DNA of 64,000 bases, taken from positions 23,058,824 through 23,122,823 of the forward strand of contig NC_069004.1 in NCBI RefSeq assembly GCF_001194135.2, in the 5' to 3' direction. Under the pieces are notes generated by a model, which ran no database searches, was not told the origin of the DNA, and was given only the letters and a program-made list of their open reading frames with translations. Below, piece after piece: positions 1 to 14,443 of this stretch. Positions within the stretch are counted from its first letter, which is position 1. Each line of letters starts with the position of its first letter. The DNA comes from Octopus bimaculoides (Eukaryota). Made by a program: the position numbers and the translations under genes.

Positions 1-260
1 TAATAAGTCATGTGAAACAGAATTTACTTTGAAATCACTGAGGAGACAACCTAAACCATTTGTGCAGTATCCCACCCATGAGGAATCAATGCTTGTAGTG
101 ATCAAAATGATTGTAGTGATCAATAAAGATTCTTGTATATTCCATCTCCAGTCTCTCTCATTAATTACATACCCAACAAACAAAGAGCCAGCAAACTACC
201 AGGTGTATACTGTATACCATATGATTTATCATCTAACTAAATGTGTATATATATATATAT

Positions 261-1646
261 ATTACATGGTAAAATGCGAGCAAGAGAAATAATATTCTTA
301 AGATTATAAACCTCGTAAAGTACAGAACAAGAAAATTTTTACTTGAAATATTGCAGCTAAGGATAAAATTTTAAATAAGATATTTAGATTTAGAAAATAT
401 TAGCTTCTATTAAAACTAAAAATTTTATTACAAGTTATTACTTCTATTTGTTACTACTTGTTCTATTAGAAATTTTAAAATAACTCAAAATATTTTTTGC
501 ACTTTAAAAAAATTCATTTTTAAAAATTATTAATTAATAATTAGAAATTTGAAATAGTTTATAAAAAATAATAATAGTACATAATTAGTTAATACAATAA
601 ATAGAATAATACAAAAATTATATATTACAGTAAAATCTACCTATAACAACAAATTCACAGTAAAATTTGCTTGAGTCATTGCCTAAGATATTGCCAAGTC
701 TTCACATTTTTAGTCTTGACCTAATGTTTATTTTTTACAAAATAAAATTTGCCTACCATATATACTATTCTATTTTGCATAAAGCTTTAGCTATATTGGT
801 ACCTTTTGGCTCTCATTTTTTAAGAATTCTAGTGTGTCAATATTTTAACAAAATGATGTACCTTTTTTAATTAGAATGTTACATTGTAAATTCAAATTTT
901 ATCCTTAGCTGCATATATTAATTAAAAATTTTCTTGTTCTGTACTTTATCAGATGTAATAACCTGTCCTGAACTTTTCCAAGTGTAATAACTTGTCCTGT
1001 ACTTTTCCAGGTTTATAATCTTAAGAATATTACTTTTCATGCTCGCAGTTTTCCATGTAATCCATGTTTTTTCCAGGCTATGCTATTATTAATAATGTGT
1101 CGATAATTTAAGATTTTACCTTATTGAAAATTGAATAATAAATTTCTAAATAATATTTTTAAAAATTAGTGTTGTTGACAATTTTTTTTCTTACCTCAAT
1201 GATGCCAGGGACATATATTAAAAGTCCCCTTATAGAACTATATTCATAAAAAAGTATAGAACTATATTATCACCCTCAAATTTGAGAAACAAGCACTCAT
1301 AACTTTTTTCTTTTAAAACTTCATTGCATAAGATTGATACCATGAAATTCTTCGAATTGAGCTCTATCATTCAAGCTTAATTAAAATATAATTTGGTTTT
1401 AAAATAAAGTAATTTAGATCTAAACTTGATTGTAGGTGTTACTCTCTTATAACGTTGCTACAAATTTTGATGTCAACTCTTTCTACTGGACCAATTCTCA
1501 ATTTCTTTATGCCAAAATGTAGCTAGGGAACAGTCCTCTTCAAAAATGTTAAGTTTTCAGTTTGGTTAAGAATTGAATTAGTGACAAAGTCTGAAAGATG
1601 CTGGTATGTGAGTAAATTGTGGCTTTAACAATATTATTCAACTACA
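261..1646. repeat. AT-rich foldback-type repeat, copy 1 (copy 2 is split across 16844-17057 and 20773-21706)
   Basis: 261-375 is an inverted repeat of 893-1061; 893-1646 aligns by eye with 20773-21706. Confidence 0.75.
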
Positions 1647-1869
1647 GTAGTAGTTGAATGATACATGTGAGATAGTTGAAATGCTTGAATGAAAAAGTAT
1701 AGGTGTGTGTTGCCTCACTGTTTCACTATCGTATCACCCTCAGTCTTTCAGAAGCTTTGTCCCAGCCATAGATTTGACTTGTAGCCTTCAGAAGGTTGTC
1801 CTGTAAGAGTTTTCAGTTGTCCTCTAGTAAGCTATGAAGGTTAACAGAGGAAGTAGTGTTTTGTGTTTG

Positions 1870-2510
1870 GAAAATGCACAGGAACCATGAAGTCTACAGA
1901 TATGTGGGAAATTGATTTTCTCAAATGCCCTGGAGGCCTTCTAGAGGTTGTAGATAACTTCTGTTATATGGGTGACCTAAATAGCAGTGGAGGAGGCTGG
2001 TTCTAAAGCGCAGTTGCTAGAATAAGAATAGGATGGAGAAAATTCAGAGAGCTTTTGCTTCTGTTGGCAACAAAAGACCTCACTTTCTCCAAGTGAAAGG
2101 AAGATTGTATGATGCTTGTGCATGAACAGCAATGCTACATGGAAGTGAGACTTGGGCCTAAATGCAGAGGATTCTCTCTATTCCAACTGGTATAGCCGTG
2201 TATCTCCTCCACAGCTACACACTTATCTCAATCCTATTATACATTCTAGCCTTTCATCAAGTTGCACACAGCCATCTTGCTGAATACTACTCCCCATCCC
2301 AGTCAAAGGGTCTTTGTTTTGCTAGTTATTTGGTGCCACATAAAAAGTACCCAGTACACTCTGTAAAGTGGTTGACATTAAGAAGGGTGTTCAGTTATAG
2401 AAACCATGCCAACGCAGACAATAGAGCTTGGCATAGTTCTCTAGCTTGCCTCTCTTGTCAAACCATCCAGTCCACACCAGCATGGAAAACGGACGTTAAA
2501 TGATGAGGAT
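1870..2510 (+). mobile_element. RTE 3' remnant with (GAT)n tail
   Basis: Similar to the RT C-terminal part of 17620-20760 (gtgaaaggaagattgtatgatgc...gtgagacttgggcc); ends ggacgttaaatgatgaggatg. Confidence 0.7.
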
Positions 2511-3145
2511 GATATGTGTGTGTGTGTGTGTGTGTATGTATACATTTATGTGTGTGTTTGTGCTTGTATGTACCCTTGTTTAGGCTTCATATGATGATTG
2601 TCAATAAGCATTATTATTATACAAGCTAATTACTTGCTGAAGATAGTATGCAGTGGATATGAGTGGGATGGGAGGGGGGAGGGTAAGCCTTAAAGTACAT
2701 GTCTGTGAAACCAACTGCTTGACAGTGTGTAGTTTAGATCGTAGGCATTATCAAGGAGCTGGGGTCTTGGTTGAATATTTATCTCTATCAGAAGATCAGT
2801 TTGATATTCCTTCCCTGCTAACAGACAGGAGTTAACTCTGTTATAACTTTTGTTCTTCGTAAGTTATGACACATATAGTGTGCATCTTTGATATCTTGCT
2901 TGAGACCTGTTGGAAATAGCTATCAAATTATGTCTTTCACTTTTTTTTGGACAAGGAAGGACCTATTGTTTTGCTAGTGTGAAATCTATACTGAAGAAAA
3001 AAGGGATGAGGACTGGTCATTTCCGGAATGCTTTTAATTTAATCTAAGGTTTGCTGGATTAGAACTGACCTGGGGATACATAGTAATGATCTTACCTTGT
3101 TTCATTCCATGTATTAACATGCTAAACATCAATTTTTATTTCAAG

Positions 3146-3241
3146 AGTACTGTCACAGAAAACTCTTCTGGTTCCAACATAAAACGGAAATGTTTGATGT
3201 CCACTCCAGTTTTGAACTGCAAGTCAACCAGCAGGATCCCA
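3146..3241 (+). CDS. Internal coding exon of gene P (unidentified protein)
   Basis: Acceptor aatttttatttcaag| and donor |gtgagt; 96 bp. Open in phase 0 (STVTENSSGSNIKRKCLMSTPVLNCKSTSRIP) and in phase 1 (YCHRKLFWFQHKTEMFDVHSSFELQVNQQDP); frame unresolved. Confidence 0.55.
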
Positions 3242-3429
3242 GTGAGTTTTCACTTTTTTTTTTATGTAGGAAATTTCCTTTTTATTTTAGGAAGTTTACT
3301 TCCAACCACATGGTTCTGGATTCAATCCCACTGCAAGGCAAGTGTCTTCTGCTATAGTTCTGGCCCAACCAAAGCCTTGTAAGTGGATTTGGTAGGCAGA
3401 AACTGAAAGAAGCTCATCATATATGTATG

Positions 3430-4075
3430 TGTGAACACTGTAGAGGCTGTATGACTTCACATGGTCATCATGAAAACCAAGTTCACCCAAACTTTGGATG
3501 CGTCTCCAGTCAGGGTGACAACACAGTGCTCCACATCTTTGAACAGGGCCTTAGGCTCAATTCAGACAGCTATTTCAAGCTGCTGGAGACTGGTCAAACC
3601 CTGACTAGGGAGGGTTGCTTCTGGAAGGCCATATGTGTGGCAGCAGGATTCAGTTCCTAGCCATACTGCCTTTAAGATTCAGAAGTGATTGTCAGAGAAT
3701 TTCTACAACTTCACTAGCCTCAATTTCAGGACTACTAATTCCCCTGATTGCAATCCCATGGATTATGTGTGGGGCACAGTTGAGAAGGATACCAACTGCT
3801 GTCTCAGTGGCTGAAAAGATTATTATTATATGAATAAGAGGAAGAAGGGCAGCTCAAGTATTTTACCCAAGACTTAATAGGATTTAATAGAAAAAGAGAA
3901 GCAGGTTGTGGGTTAACATCCAGGCCGAGCTGGTGACCAATATCAAGATATTCTCAGGGACATAATGAGAAATGCATGTGCCAGGTTCTGGGTCTGTCTG
4001 AGGCCATGGTGGAAGCTGAGAGTGGCTACTTTGAGTAAACTGTTATCTTCGAGCCATAATCTAGTTGATATTTTG
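3430..4075 (+). mobile_element. Tc1-like transposase remnant (related pieces at 47632-47890 and 63470-63620, minus strand)
   Basis: GRPYVWQQDS and NSPDCNPMDYVWG. Confidence 0.75.
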
Positions 4076-4734
4076 TCTTTTTTTTCCTCTTAAATACTTT
4101 TATTTTGAGATGAGATATTGTGTTTTGTTTTCTTTATATGCAAACTGTCAAACTTAGCCCAATTGCACTATATGTGTGTGTGTGTGTATTAGCATCGTAA
4201 ATAGCACCATTTGAGCGGAATCGTTACCAGCGTCACCTTCTAGTGCTTGTGCTGGTGGCACGTTAGAAAATCATTCGAGCAAGGTCNNNNNNNNNNCGCT
4301 TGTGCTGGTGGCACGTTAGAAAATCATTCGAGCAAGGTCATTGCCAGTGCCACTGGACTGGCTCCCGTGCAGGTGGCACGTAAAAAACACCGTTTTGAGC
4401 GTGGCCGTTGCCAGTGCCATGTGACTGGCCCTCGTGCCAGTGACACGTAAAAGCACCCACTACACTCTCGGAGTGGTTGGCATTAGGAAGGGCATCCAGC
4501 TGTAGAAACTCTGCCAGATCAGATTAGAGCCTGGTGCAGCCTGCTGGCTTGCCAGTCCTCAGTGAAATCGTCCAACCCATGCTAGCATGGAAAGCGGACG
4601 TTAAACGATGATGATGATGTATAAATGGACATATATGACTACTTTCATGTCCTTCTTGCTATGCCCTAGTAACTCACATAGTCAATCAGGTTATTCAGGA
4701 AGACATTATCCCCAAAGACTGGTGTGGCAGTATT

Positions 4735-6125
4735 ATAGTCAGCTGCTACAAGGGTAAAGGTGATGCTTTAGATAGAAGTAACTACAGTGCTATCAAACTG
4801 CTGGATCAGGTCATGAAAAATTACAGAGATCTCAACTAATTAGGGATAGAATTAAACTAGTTGAGATGCAGTTTGGTTTTGTTCTTGAGAGAATTACCAC
4901 AGATGCCATCTCCATAGTGAGACAGTTGCAAGAAAAGTATTTGACCAAAAGTAAGCCAGCTTTCGACAGGGTTCCCTGCTCTCTTATTTGGTGGTCTCTA
5001 AAGAAGTTAGGAGTAGAGGAGTGGCTTGTTAGAGAGGTTCAAACCATGTACAGCGATGCTGTCAGTAAGGTGAGAGTTGACCTTGAATACATTGATGAAC
5101 TTAACGTACAAGTTAAAGTTCACCAGAGATCAGTTCTTAGTCCACTCTTATTCATCATAGTTCTCCAGTCCATAACAGAGGAATTCAAAACTGGATGCCC
5201 ATGGGAACTATTATATGCTGATGATCTCACTCTTATTGCAGAATCTGAAACACAATTGGAGAAGTTCTGGGTTTGGAAGCAAAGGGCCTTAAAGCTAACT
5301 TAGCTAAGACTAAAGTTGTTGTTAGCGAGAAAGGAGATAACTCTTATTCCAGCTGGCAAATGGCCCTGTTCAATATGTAGGAATGGAATGTAATTCCATT
5401 AGCTGCACCAAGTGTAACCTATGGACACATAAGAGATGCAGTGGAATCATGGGGGGATGATTATCATATAAGGTTGCTTTCATGTGTGGCAGATGTGCAG
5501 GAACAGTAAGTACTAAGAGCACAAGTGACCTAAACTCTCTCAAATGCTCAGGAGGCTCTCTTGAGGTAGTGGATAGTTTCTGCTATTTAGGTGACCAAAT
5601 TAGTAACAGTGGTGGATGCTCTGAAAATATTGTTTGTAGAATATGAACAGGATGAAGGAAGTTCAGAGAACTACTACCTCTTGGCAGCAAAAGGACTCTC
5701 TCTCAGAGTGAAAGGTAGGTCATATGATGTTTGTGTGAGAACAGTTATGTTACATGGTACTGAGACATGGGCTCCGACTGCAGAGGATATGTGTAGGCTG
5801 GAGAGGGATGAAGGTAGTATGCTCCATTGGATCTGCAACATCAGTATGCATTACTGACAAAGCACAACTGTGTTGAGAAAAAATTTAAGCATAATAGGGA
5901 TTAAATGTGGCATGCAGGAGAGGAGAATGCATTGGTTTGGACATGTGATGTGTATGAGTAAAGACAGCTGTATACAGAAGTGCCTGTCACTGAAAGTGGA
6001 TGGTACCTGTGGAAGAGGGAGACCCAAGAAGACATGGGATGTAGTGGTGAGGACTCATCTTAGGATATTGGGGGCTCACAGAAGAAATGGCAGTGGACCA
6101 AGATGTTTGGTGATATGAGGTTCTC
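4735..6125 (+). mobile_element. RTE-clade LINE remnant (RT 3' half)
   Basis: ORF fragments QFGFV, AFDRVP, PWELLYADDL and GRGRPKKTWD. Confidence 0.9.
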
Positions 6126-6433
6126 GAGAAAACCCATCCATAAAATTGAGTGCTAGAAGAGTTGTGTCCCACCCACATGTAGCAACACACTTTTCACCCA
6201 CCCTACCCTAAGAAATCCAACTACAACTCCTCTTCTAATTGCATCTTTCTCTTCCTCACGTTTTCTCATACATTATGATTGTTTTCCAAACCCCATTCTT
6301 GCCCTCACTGCTCCCCACACCTACTCCCTATTTTTCTAACCAGGCTCTACACTCGTATTCTTGTTACTTGTGAGTAAATCCTAGCACTACACCATCTCTC
6401 TTCTGCTCTCTCTTACACTTTTGCTGTTTCCTA

Positions 6434-6476
<43 letters not shown>

Positions 6477-6570
6477 TCTGGTCACTCTCTCCTCTTGTTT
6501 TTCCTCTGACTAGGTAACCAAATATCACCTTTACATCAGTACACTTGTTTCTGGCTTCTTTCTGCCCCCC

Positions 6571-6673
<103 letters not shown>

Positions 6674-7698
6674 ACTGGGTAACCATGTACCTGCTCTGTA
6701 GTAAGACACCTATTTCTGCCCCTCTATTTCTCTGTTACACTCTAACCTTTCATCACTTGATACTGGATCACCTCCTCTAATTGTGTNNNNNNNNNNNNNN
6801 NNNNNNNNNNNNNNNNNNNNNNNNNNNNNNNNNNNNNNNNNNNNNNNNNNNNNNNNNNNNNNNNNNNNNNNNNNNNNNNNNNNNNNNNNNNNNNNNNNNN
6901 NNNNNNNNNNNNNNNNNNNNNNNNNNNNNNNNNNNNNNNNNNNNNNNNNNNNNNNNNNNNNNNNNNNNNNNNNNNNNNNNNNNNNNNNNNNNNNNNNNNN
7001 NNNNNNNNNNNNNNNNNNNNNNNNNNNNNNNNNNNNNNNNNNNNNNNNNNNNNNNNNNNNNNNNNNNNNNNNNNNNNNNNNNNNNNNNNNNNNNNNNNNN
7101 NNNNNNNNNNNNNNNNNNNNNNNNNNNNNNNNNNNNNNNNNNNNNNNNNNNNNNNNNNNNNNNNNNNNNNNNNNNNNNNNNNNNNNNNNNNNNNNNNNNN
7201 NNNNNNNNNNNNNNNNNNNNNNNNNNNNNNNNNNNNNNNNNNNNNNNNNNNNNNNNNNNNNNNNNNNNNNNNNNNNNNNNNNNNNNNNNNNNNNNNNNNN
7301 NNNNNNNNNNNNNNNNNNNNNNNNNNNNNNNNNNNNNNNNNNNNNNNNNNNNNNNNNNNNNNNNACTTTTTCTGTAAGTTTCTTTGCTAAACTGTTAAGT
7401 TATGGAGACCTAAACTAACCCAACACTGGTTGTCAAATGATAGTGCCAGAGACACACACGCACACACACACACGCACACACACACACGCACACGCACACA
7501 CACACACACACACATGATGGGTTTCCTCATAGCTTTCGTCTTCTAAATTCACTCTCAAGGCATTGATCAGTTGTAGAAGACACTTGCCCAAGGTGTCACA
7601 CAATGGGACTGAAGCCAGAAACACATGGTTGCAAAGCAAGCTTCTTCACTACACAATATAAAATTTCAGAATGAGATTTGAATTTTTTTTATCATCAG

Positions 7699-7852
7699 AC
7701 ATCAGGTTCTAAGGAAGTGGTGAAACCCAAAATGACGCAGCCATTTAAACTACAGCAACCTCTTATGACACTGAACATCAGTAAACCTAACGTCTCCAAC
7801 CAGGTGGCACAAAAAGGCCCGGTGAAAGCCATCCACAAGCCAGTCGTCAAAG
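7699..7852 (+). CDS. Internal coding exon of gene P, Lys/Pro/Gln-rich low-complexity segment
   Basis: Acceptor ttttttttatcatcag| (alternative AG at 7704-7705) and donor AAAG|gtatgt, phase 1 out. Encodes TSGSKEVVKPKMTQPFKLQQPLMTLNISKPNVSNQVAQKGPVKAIHKPVVK. Unique sequence between repeats. Confidence 0.7.
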
Positions 7853-8136
7853 GTATGTATTTGTTTTTAGCATTTTAACATCCACTTTTCCATGCTTGCA
7901 TTGGTCAAAAGTTTGAGGCAGATTTTTTTTCTATGGCCAGATGTCTTTTCTGTTCCCAGTTCTTGCATGGCCAATGGTCAAACATGTTTTCACAGAATAT
8001 TGGAAATTAATAACACTGCTTGTATGTCAGTGGCACTCATTTACAATTATCATGCAATGTCAAGACAAGGAGACACAAATACTACACACACACTCACACA
8101 TGCATATACATTATCATCATCATTATATATTTATAT

Positions 8137-8490
8137 TGTGGAGGCGCAATGGCCCAGTGGTTAGGGCAGCGGACTCGTGGTCATAGGATCGCGGTTTCAA
8201 TTCCCAGACCGGGCGTTGTGAGTGTTTATTGAGCGAAAACACCCAAAGCTCCACGAGGCTCCGGCAGGGGATGGTGGCGAACCACAACTTTCTCTCACTC
8301 TTACTTCCTGTTTCTGTTGTGCCTGTAATTCAAAGGGTCAGCCTTGTCACACTGCATCACGCTGAATATCCCCGAGGACTATGTTAAGGGTACACGTGTC
8401 TGTGGAGTGCTCAACCACTTGCACGTTAATTTCATGAGCAGGCTGTTCCGTTGATCGGATCAACTGGAACCCTCGACGGAGTGCCAACAG
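8137..8490 (+). mobile_element. tRNA-derived SINE (related copies at about 26620-26920, 42815-42960 and 45590-45880)
   Basis: A box TGGCCCAGTGG and B-box-like GGTTTCAATTCC; shared body aagggtcagccttgtcaca...gatcaactggaaccctcg. Confidence 0.75.
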
Positions 8491-9834
8491 TATATTTATT
8501 ATGGGATATGTTAATTTGAATGATATTTTATACTTTTTTCTGTATCTAAATATGCTGGTACAATAAAAACAATTGTCAGTCATGTAGGGTGTAATCACCA
8601 ATTAAAGATAGGATTTTCTCCATTCTTATTCTTGTTATCTTATATTCCAAATTTCTTCATTCTTCTCTGCAGTATTTAGATTTATTTTGCATTTATTGGT
8701 ATCTAATTGTTTGATATTCTTTTATTCTTTTACTTGTTTTATGTGGAGCATCACATTTGCTACCCTAGTACTTATTCTCTTTTGCCAAACCGCTAAGTTA
8801 TGTGACATAAACACACCAGCATCAGTTGTCAAGTGATGACAGGGGGACAAAAACAGACACACACAAAATCTGCCAAATCTATTCACAAGGCTATAGTAGA
8901 AGACACTTGCCCAAGGTTGGGAAGCAAGCTTCTTACCACACAGCCATGCCAAGTTAACCAAAATCGTTTAACACTGAGCACTTTATAGATATCTGCCTGA
9001 ATTTATTAATCCCTTCTGATATATATATATATATATATATATATTCATTCGTGTGTGTGTGTGTGTGTGTACACAATGGACAACTTTCAGTTTTCTGTCC
9101 ACTAAATCCTCTTGCAAAACTGATTGGCCCAGGGCTTTAGTAGGAAACACTGCCATGCGAAAAAGACTGAACTTCAAACCATGCGGTTGGAAAACAAACT
9201 TCTTAACCACAAAGCCATGATGCACCTATTATATTAACAAATCTTGTTTTAATCCTATGGCTGAATTAGCAGAATGCCAGTCATTATTGACATGGAGATT
9301 TTGAAGTAGCAAAAAAGCAAGCCAGTTTAACTTCATTGTTGATTTCTATTCATTTTTTGCATTTTTTTTTAAATGTGATAATTTTCTTAGAGACATTTTA
9401 TTTGTGTTTTTTAAAAAAATACATGTTTGAGGCATTTAAAATAGCCTATATGCTTGCTATTATACATATTTTCTGTGGATGTATGGGTCAGAAGCTTGCT
9501 TCCCAACTATGTAGTCTTGAGTTTAGTCCTGCTGTGTGACAATTTGGGTAAGTGTCTTCTGCTATAGCTCAAGGCCATCCACAGCCTTGTGAGTGAATTT
9601 GGTAGACGGAAACTGAAAGAAGTGTTGTAGTGCATGTGTTTGTGTACATCCTTATTTTGGAATCATGTGATGATTGTAAATGAGCATCATCATACAAGCA
9701 ATGTCGTTCATTTTCAGTCTTCATTTCAAGCCAAGGGGAAATATTACCTTGTTTAGAGAAAGGTAGATGTTGGCAAGAGGAAGAAAATATCATCTAACAT
9801 CTGTTTTCCAAGCTAGCATGGGTTAGACAGTTTG

Positions 9835-10480
9835 ACCAGAGCTGGTAAATTGGCTAACTGCACCAGGCTCCAGTTGTCTGCTTTGGCTTGGTTTCTATAG
9901 CTGGATGCCCCTCCTAATACCAGCCACTTTACCGAGTGCACTGGGTACCTTTTACATATTGCTGTGCTACGACCATGATTTCACTTAGCTTGACGTATCC
10001 TCTCAAGCGCACAGTAATTCGCCAGAAGTACTGGTCACCTGTCATCACCTCTATGACACTCAATATCTGAAGATCCCATTTCACCAACTTGTCCTTTGTC
10101 TTCCTGGGTCTACCTCTTCCACGGGTTCCTTCCACAATTAGAAATCAGCACTTCTTTATGCAGCTGTCTTCTCTCCTGCACACTACATCTGATGTCTCTT
10201 GAGACCCTTACACTCTATCGTATGTACACACTGATGTTGCACATCTACCAGAGCATGCTAGCTTCATTTCTTTCAAGCCTTTGCATGTCTTCTGCAGTCC
10301 ACAGCCCATGTTGAGTGACTTTGGTAGTTTACTTCTTTGATTGGTAATTTACATGGCTACCCAGTTCCATCACTGATCACTTCCTTGCCACAACTGCCAC
10401 CCTTTTAAAATTCTGCCTCTTCCCCTATTGTAGGTACTAATATACGGATGTTGAAATTGTATAAGCTTCCGTCTGGGTGT
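9835..10480 (-). mobile_element. RTE 3' remnant
   Basis: Minus-strand ORF with GTRGRGRPRKTKDKLVKWDL. Confidence 0.75.
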
Positions 10481-11502
10481 GTAACCTGCAAAGGATTTAT
10501 GCATTGGTTCTTCCCTCTTGACTGACTCTTGTATTTAGACATAAGGTGGTGCTTCAGTATGGCCACAGTCCAATGACTGAAAGAGTAAAATTGATTTTAA
10601 TTTTAATTTTTAGGTGCAACCATAGCTTTTTAGTTGAGTAGCTTGCTTCCCAGCTACATGTTTTCAGGTTCACCCCCCTACTGTATGACACCTTGGGCAA
10701 ATGCCTTCTATAACCCCAGGTTGACCAAAGCTTGTGAGCAGATTTGCTAAACAGACAGTTGAAAGAAGCTTGTGTGTGTGTGCTCTTTTTTTTACTTGTT
10801 TCAGTCATTTGAATGCGGACATGCTGGAGCACTACCTTGAAGGGTTTCAGTTGAACAAATCAACCCCAGGACTTATTTTTTTCAAAGCCCATTACTTATT
10901 CTATAGGTCTCTTTTGCCAAACCGCTAGGTTTACTGAATTGTAAACAACAACATTGGTTGCCAAACAATGGGGGAGTGGGGAGACAAACAAAGATACACA
11001 TAACAGGCTTCTTTAAGTTTCCATCTATCCAATCCACTCACAAGACATTGGTTGACCCAAGGCTATAGTAGAAGACACTTACCCAAGGTGCCATGCAGTG
11101 AGACTGAACCCAGAACTATGTGGTTGGGAAACAAGCTTCTTACCATACAGTCACACCTGAATGTGTTTCTTTGAGTTTCGGTCTACCAAATATATATGTG
11201 TGTGTGTGGTGTGTGTGTACCCTTCTCTTAACATCAGGTAATGTTTGTAAATGAGCACTATCATACAAGCGATGTGGTTCATTTCTAGTCTTCTGTGAAA
11301 ACCACGTGGGGAAATATTACCTTGCAAGTGAAGGTTGGTGGCAGAAAGAGCATCCAGTTTTAGAAAATATGCCTCATCAAATCCTGTCTGATACATGCAA
11401 GCATAAATAAGTGGATGTTAAAAACAATGATGAAAATAAATGTGTAAGTGTGACAGAGAATTTAGTTGTTCTTAATTAAATTTTAATTTTTTCCTATTTC
11501 AG

Positions 11503-11545
11503 CTTCTGAAAAGATCCCTGCACCAGCTTTATCCACAAGATCAAA
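11503..11545 (+). CDS. Small internal coding exon of gene P
   Basis: Strong acceptor ttttaattttttcctatttcag| and donor |gtaaga. Phase 1 in matches the previous exon; encodes ASEKIPAPALSTRS; phase 2 out. Confidence 0.7.
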
Positions 11546-12705
11546 GTAAGATATTTTTGTTATGTAATGTTTGGCTTCTAATTGGCTTGATTCAATAATT
11601 TCAGTGTATTGCTATCGAACCAGCTGCTTACAAGTTTAAGGATGTACATCTGTAGCCATTGTTTAATGTTAGAGAAGGTATTGCTTGCATTGAAATGATT
11701 GCTCTAATTACTCATACCGTTTCTATCATCCAACATCAACCAAGGGCTATAAATGTAACACTGTAAGAAGTCTTAAGCTTATAAGCACATACACACCACC
11801 ATCATCCTCCTCATCATTTAGCATCTATTTTCTATGCTAGGTTGAGTTGTTTGACTAGAGATGGTGAACCAGAGAGCTGCACCAGGTTTCAGTCTGATTT
11901 GGCTTGGTTTCTCCAACTAATGCATTCCCTTCTCATCACTGCCCATCATGTCTCACACTTCAGTGAACTTGCCTTCCCATCCCGCTTCTCTTATGTCTAC
12001 CTTAAGGTTGAGGATACACCTTTTCACCATCAATCTTTCTTTTCTAATTGTGAAAGGAGAGAGGGAGATGAGGTGGGGTGTGTAGTGAATGGTCACAGGC
12101 AGAAGGAGGTGTTAGGAAGATATGTTGTAGGGGAAGATTCATTAGGGTCACATTGTGTGCGGGTAGGTTTGTGAGGGTGATGGGAGAGTGGCAGATAGAA
12201 GAAGAGAGGTGAATACAGCAAATGGTGAACATTGGNNNNNNNNNNNNNNNNNGGGGTGTTAGGAAGACGGAATAAATACCAAGCTTAAAAAGACAATATA
12301 AATACTGGGGTCGATTCAACTAAAATTCTTCAAGGTGGTGCCCCAGTATGAAACGAGTAAAAGACGATAAAAAAGGTTGTGGGAGAGAGATTTGTGAAGA
12401 GGCATGATTGTACAAGGATGTAGCTTTCTGACCTCCATTTCACTGAGCTAGACAGATTTTTTCAAGCACAGCAAATCACCAATCCTCTCAGTCCTTTGTC
12501 ATTTCCTGTTTAAGATCATCTTTTGCCACTTTGTCCCTTGTCTTCTACAGCTCTTCTTTATGCAGCTCTCATCATTCAGACACATCAAATGACTTCACCG
12601 ACGCAGTCTTCACTCCTGCACACTGCATCTGATACTTCTTATACCAAATTACTCAACTTTTCTCTCAATCTATTTACGCTTTGTGTATATGTATGTATGT
12701 ATATA

Positions 12706-12866
12706 GGTGCAGGAGTGGCTGTGTGGTAAGTAGCTTGCTTACCAACCACACGGTTCCGGGTTCAGTCCTAATGCATGGCACCTTTGGGCAAGTGTCTTCA
12801 ACTATATCCTCGGGTTGACCAAAGCCTTGTGAGTGGATTTGGTAGACGGAAACTGAAAGAAACCCG
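12706..12866 (+). mobile_element. Representative of the most abundant SINE-like family (dozens of copies on both strands, usually ending in AT/GT microsatellites)
   Basis: gctgtgtggtaag...gggttcagtcc...gggcaagtgtctt...gtggatttggtagacggaaactgaaagaa recurs throughout the window. Confidence 0.8.
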
Positions 12867-14361
12867 TTATATATATATATATATATATATATATATNNNN
12901 NNNNNNNNNNNNNNNNNNNNNNNNNNNNNNNNNNNNNNNNNNNNNNNNNNNNNNNNNNNNNNNNNNNNNNNNNNNNNNNNNNNNNNNNNNNNNNNNNNNN
13001 NNNNNNNNNNNNNNNNNNNNNNNNNNNNNNNNNNNNNNNNNNNNNNNNNNNNNNNNTAAAAGAAAAGAATATATATATATATAGATATATATATATATAG
13101 TTTTTTGTCTTGCAAGTACTTTGTGACTTTGTCAGTGCAGGTGCCACTGAAAAGCACTCAGTCCACTCTGTAAAGTGGTTGGCATTTGGAAGGGCATCCA
13201 GCTGTAAAAAATCTTGCCAAAACTGACCTCGCTTGTGCCACATAAAAAGCACTAAGTCCACTCTATCGAGAGATTGGTGTTAGGAAGGGCATCCAGCTGT
13301 AAAAAATCCTGCCGAAACAGCTACAGAAGTCTGGTTCAGGCTTCTGCCTGGCCAGCTCTTGTCAACCCCACCCCATGCCAGCATGGAAGGCGGACAGTGA
13401 TGATATATGTATATATTTATTTAATACTATTTTATTGAAGATGAAAAATATTCACGAACTGTTTTTCAGTTTCCCATAACTGTTCATCAGACAGTTGCAA
13501 AAAGTAAAAGAAAGTAGAAAACCAAAAGCCTGTGTGTGTGTGTGTGTGTGTGTGCATGCAAACATACAAATATACACAAAATCCTTATTGCATGCTGGCA
13601 TGGGTTGAATGGTTTGATAGAACTTGGCCAGTTGAAGAGTTGCCCAAGCTTCATTTATCTGTTTTGGCAAGGTTTCTGCAGCTGGATGCCCTTCCTAATG
13701 CCAACTGCCTTACAGAGTGTACTGGGTACTTTTATGCACCACTGGCAGTGGTGCTTCCATGTGGTACCAGTACAGGTGCTTTCTACATGGCACCAACATA
13801 TTTTCTATAAGTAAAATGGAGAAAGCAACAAAAAAAAAAATGTAAAGGATAAACTACTAAATAGGAAGTTCAGCTGAAATTAGTCAAGGCCAATTTTTCA
13901 GTATACCAAAGTAAAATGGCAGAGAGAAAATATATGATAGTGTCAGCAACTACTGGAATAAACTAATAGTGAAGATTGAAATATAAGGCCGAGTAGTGGG
14001 GGAAAAAGTAAAGCTCAAGAAACAAAATTTGCAATCAGGTCAAAAGTAAACATATATTGAAATTAATATTAGAAACAACTTTGAAAAAAAAAAAACAAAA
14101 AAACAATAGAGGAGCATAGAAATGAAACCTTCAGATAAATTAATAATTTTCAGCAATTTAAATTCAACTTGCGCTATAAAATAGTAAAAGAGTGGACAGT
14201 AACCTCACATCTAAACCAGCTTTTCATAAACGTGCCCGACACTTGATATTTTCATGGCAGCATATAAGCTGTTAACTTCAGACTATTTTTAAGAGATGGA
14301 AACACACACACACATACACACACAACTTTACATATAAATAGTAAAACAAAAATGTGTGTGC

Positions 14362-14443
<82 letters not shown>

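Noticed and set aside
1-292. Open frame at the window start as an exon of gene P
   Set aside because: No convincing donor or recognisable protein; it runs into (AT)n and the foldback repeat.
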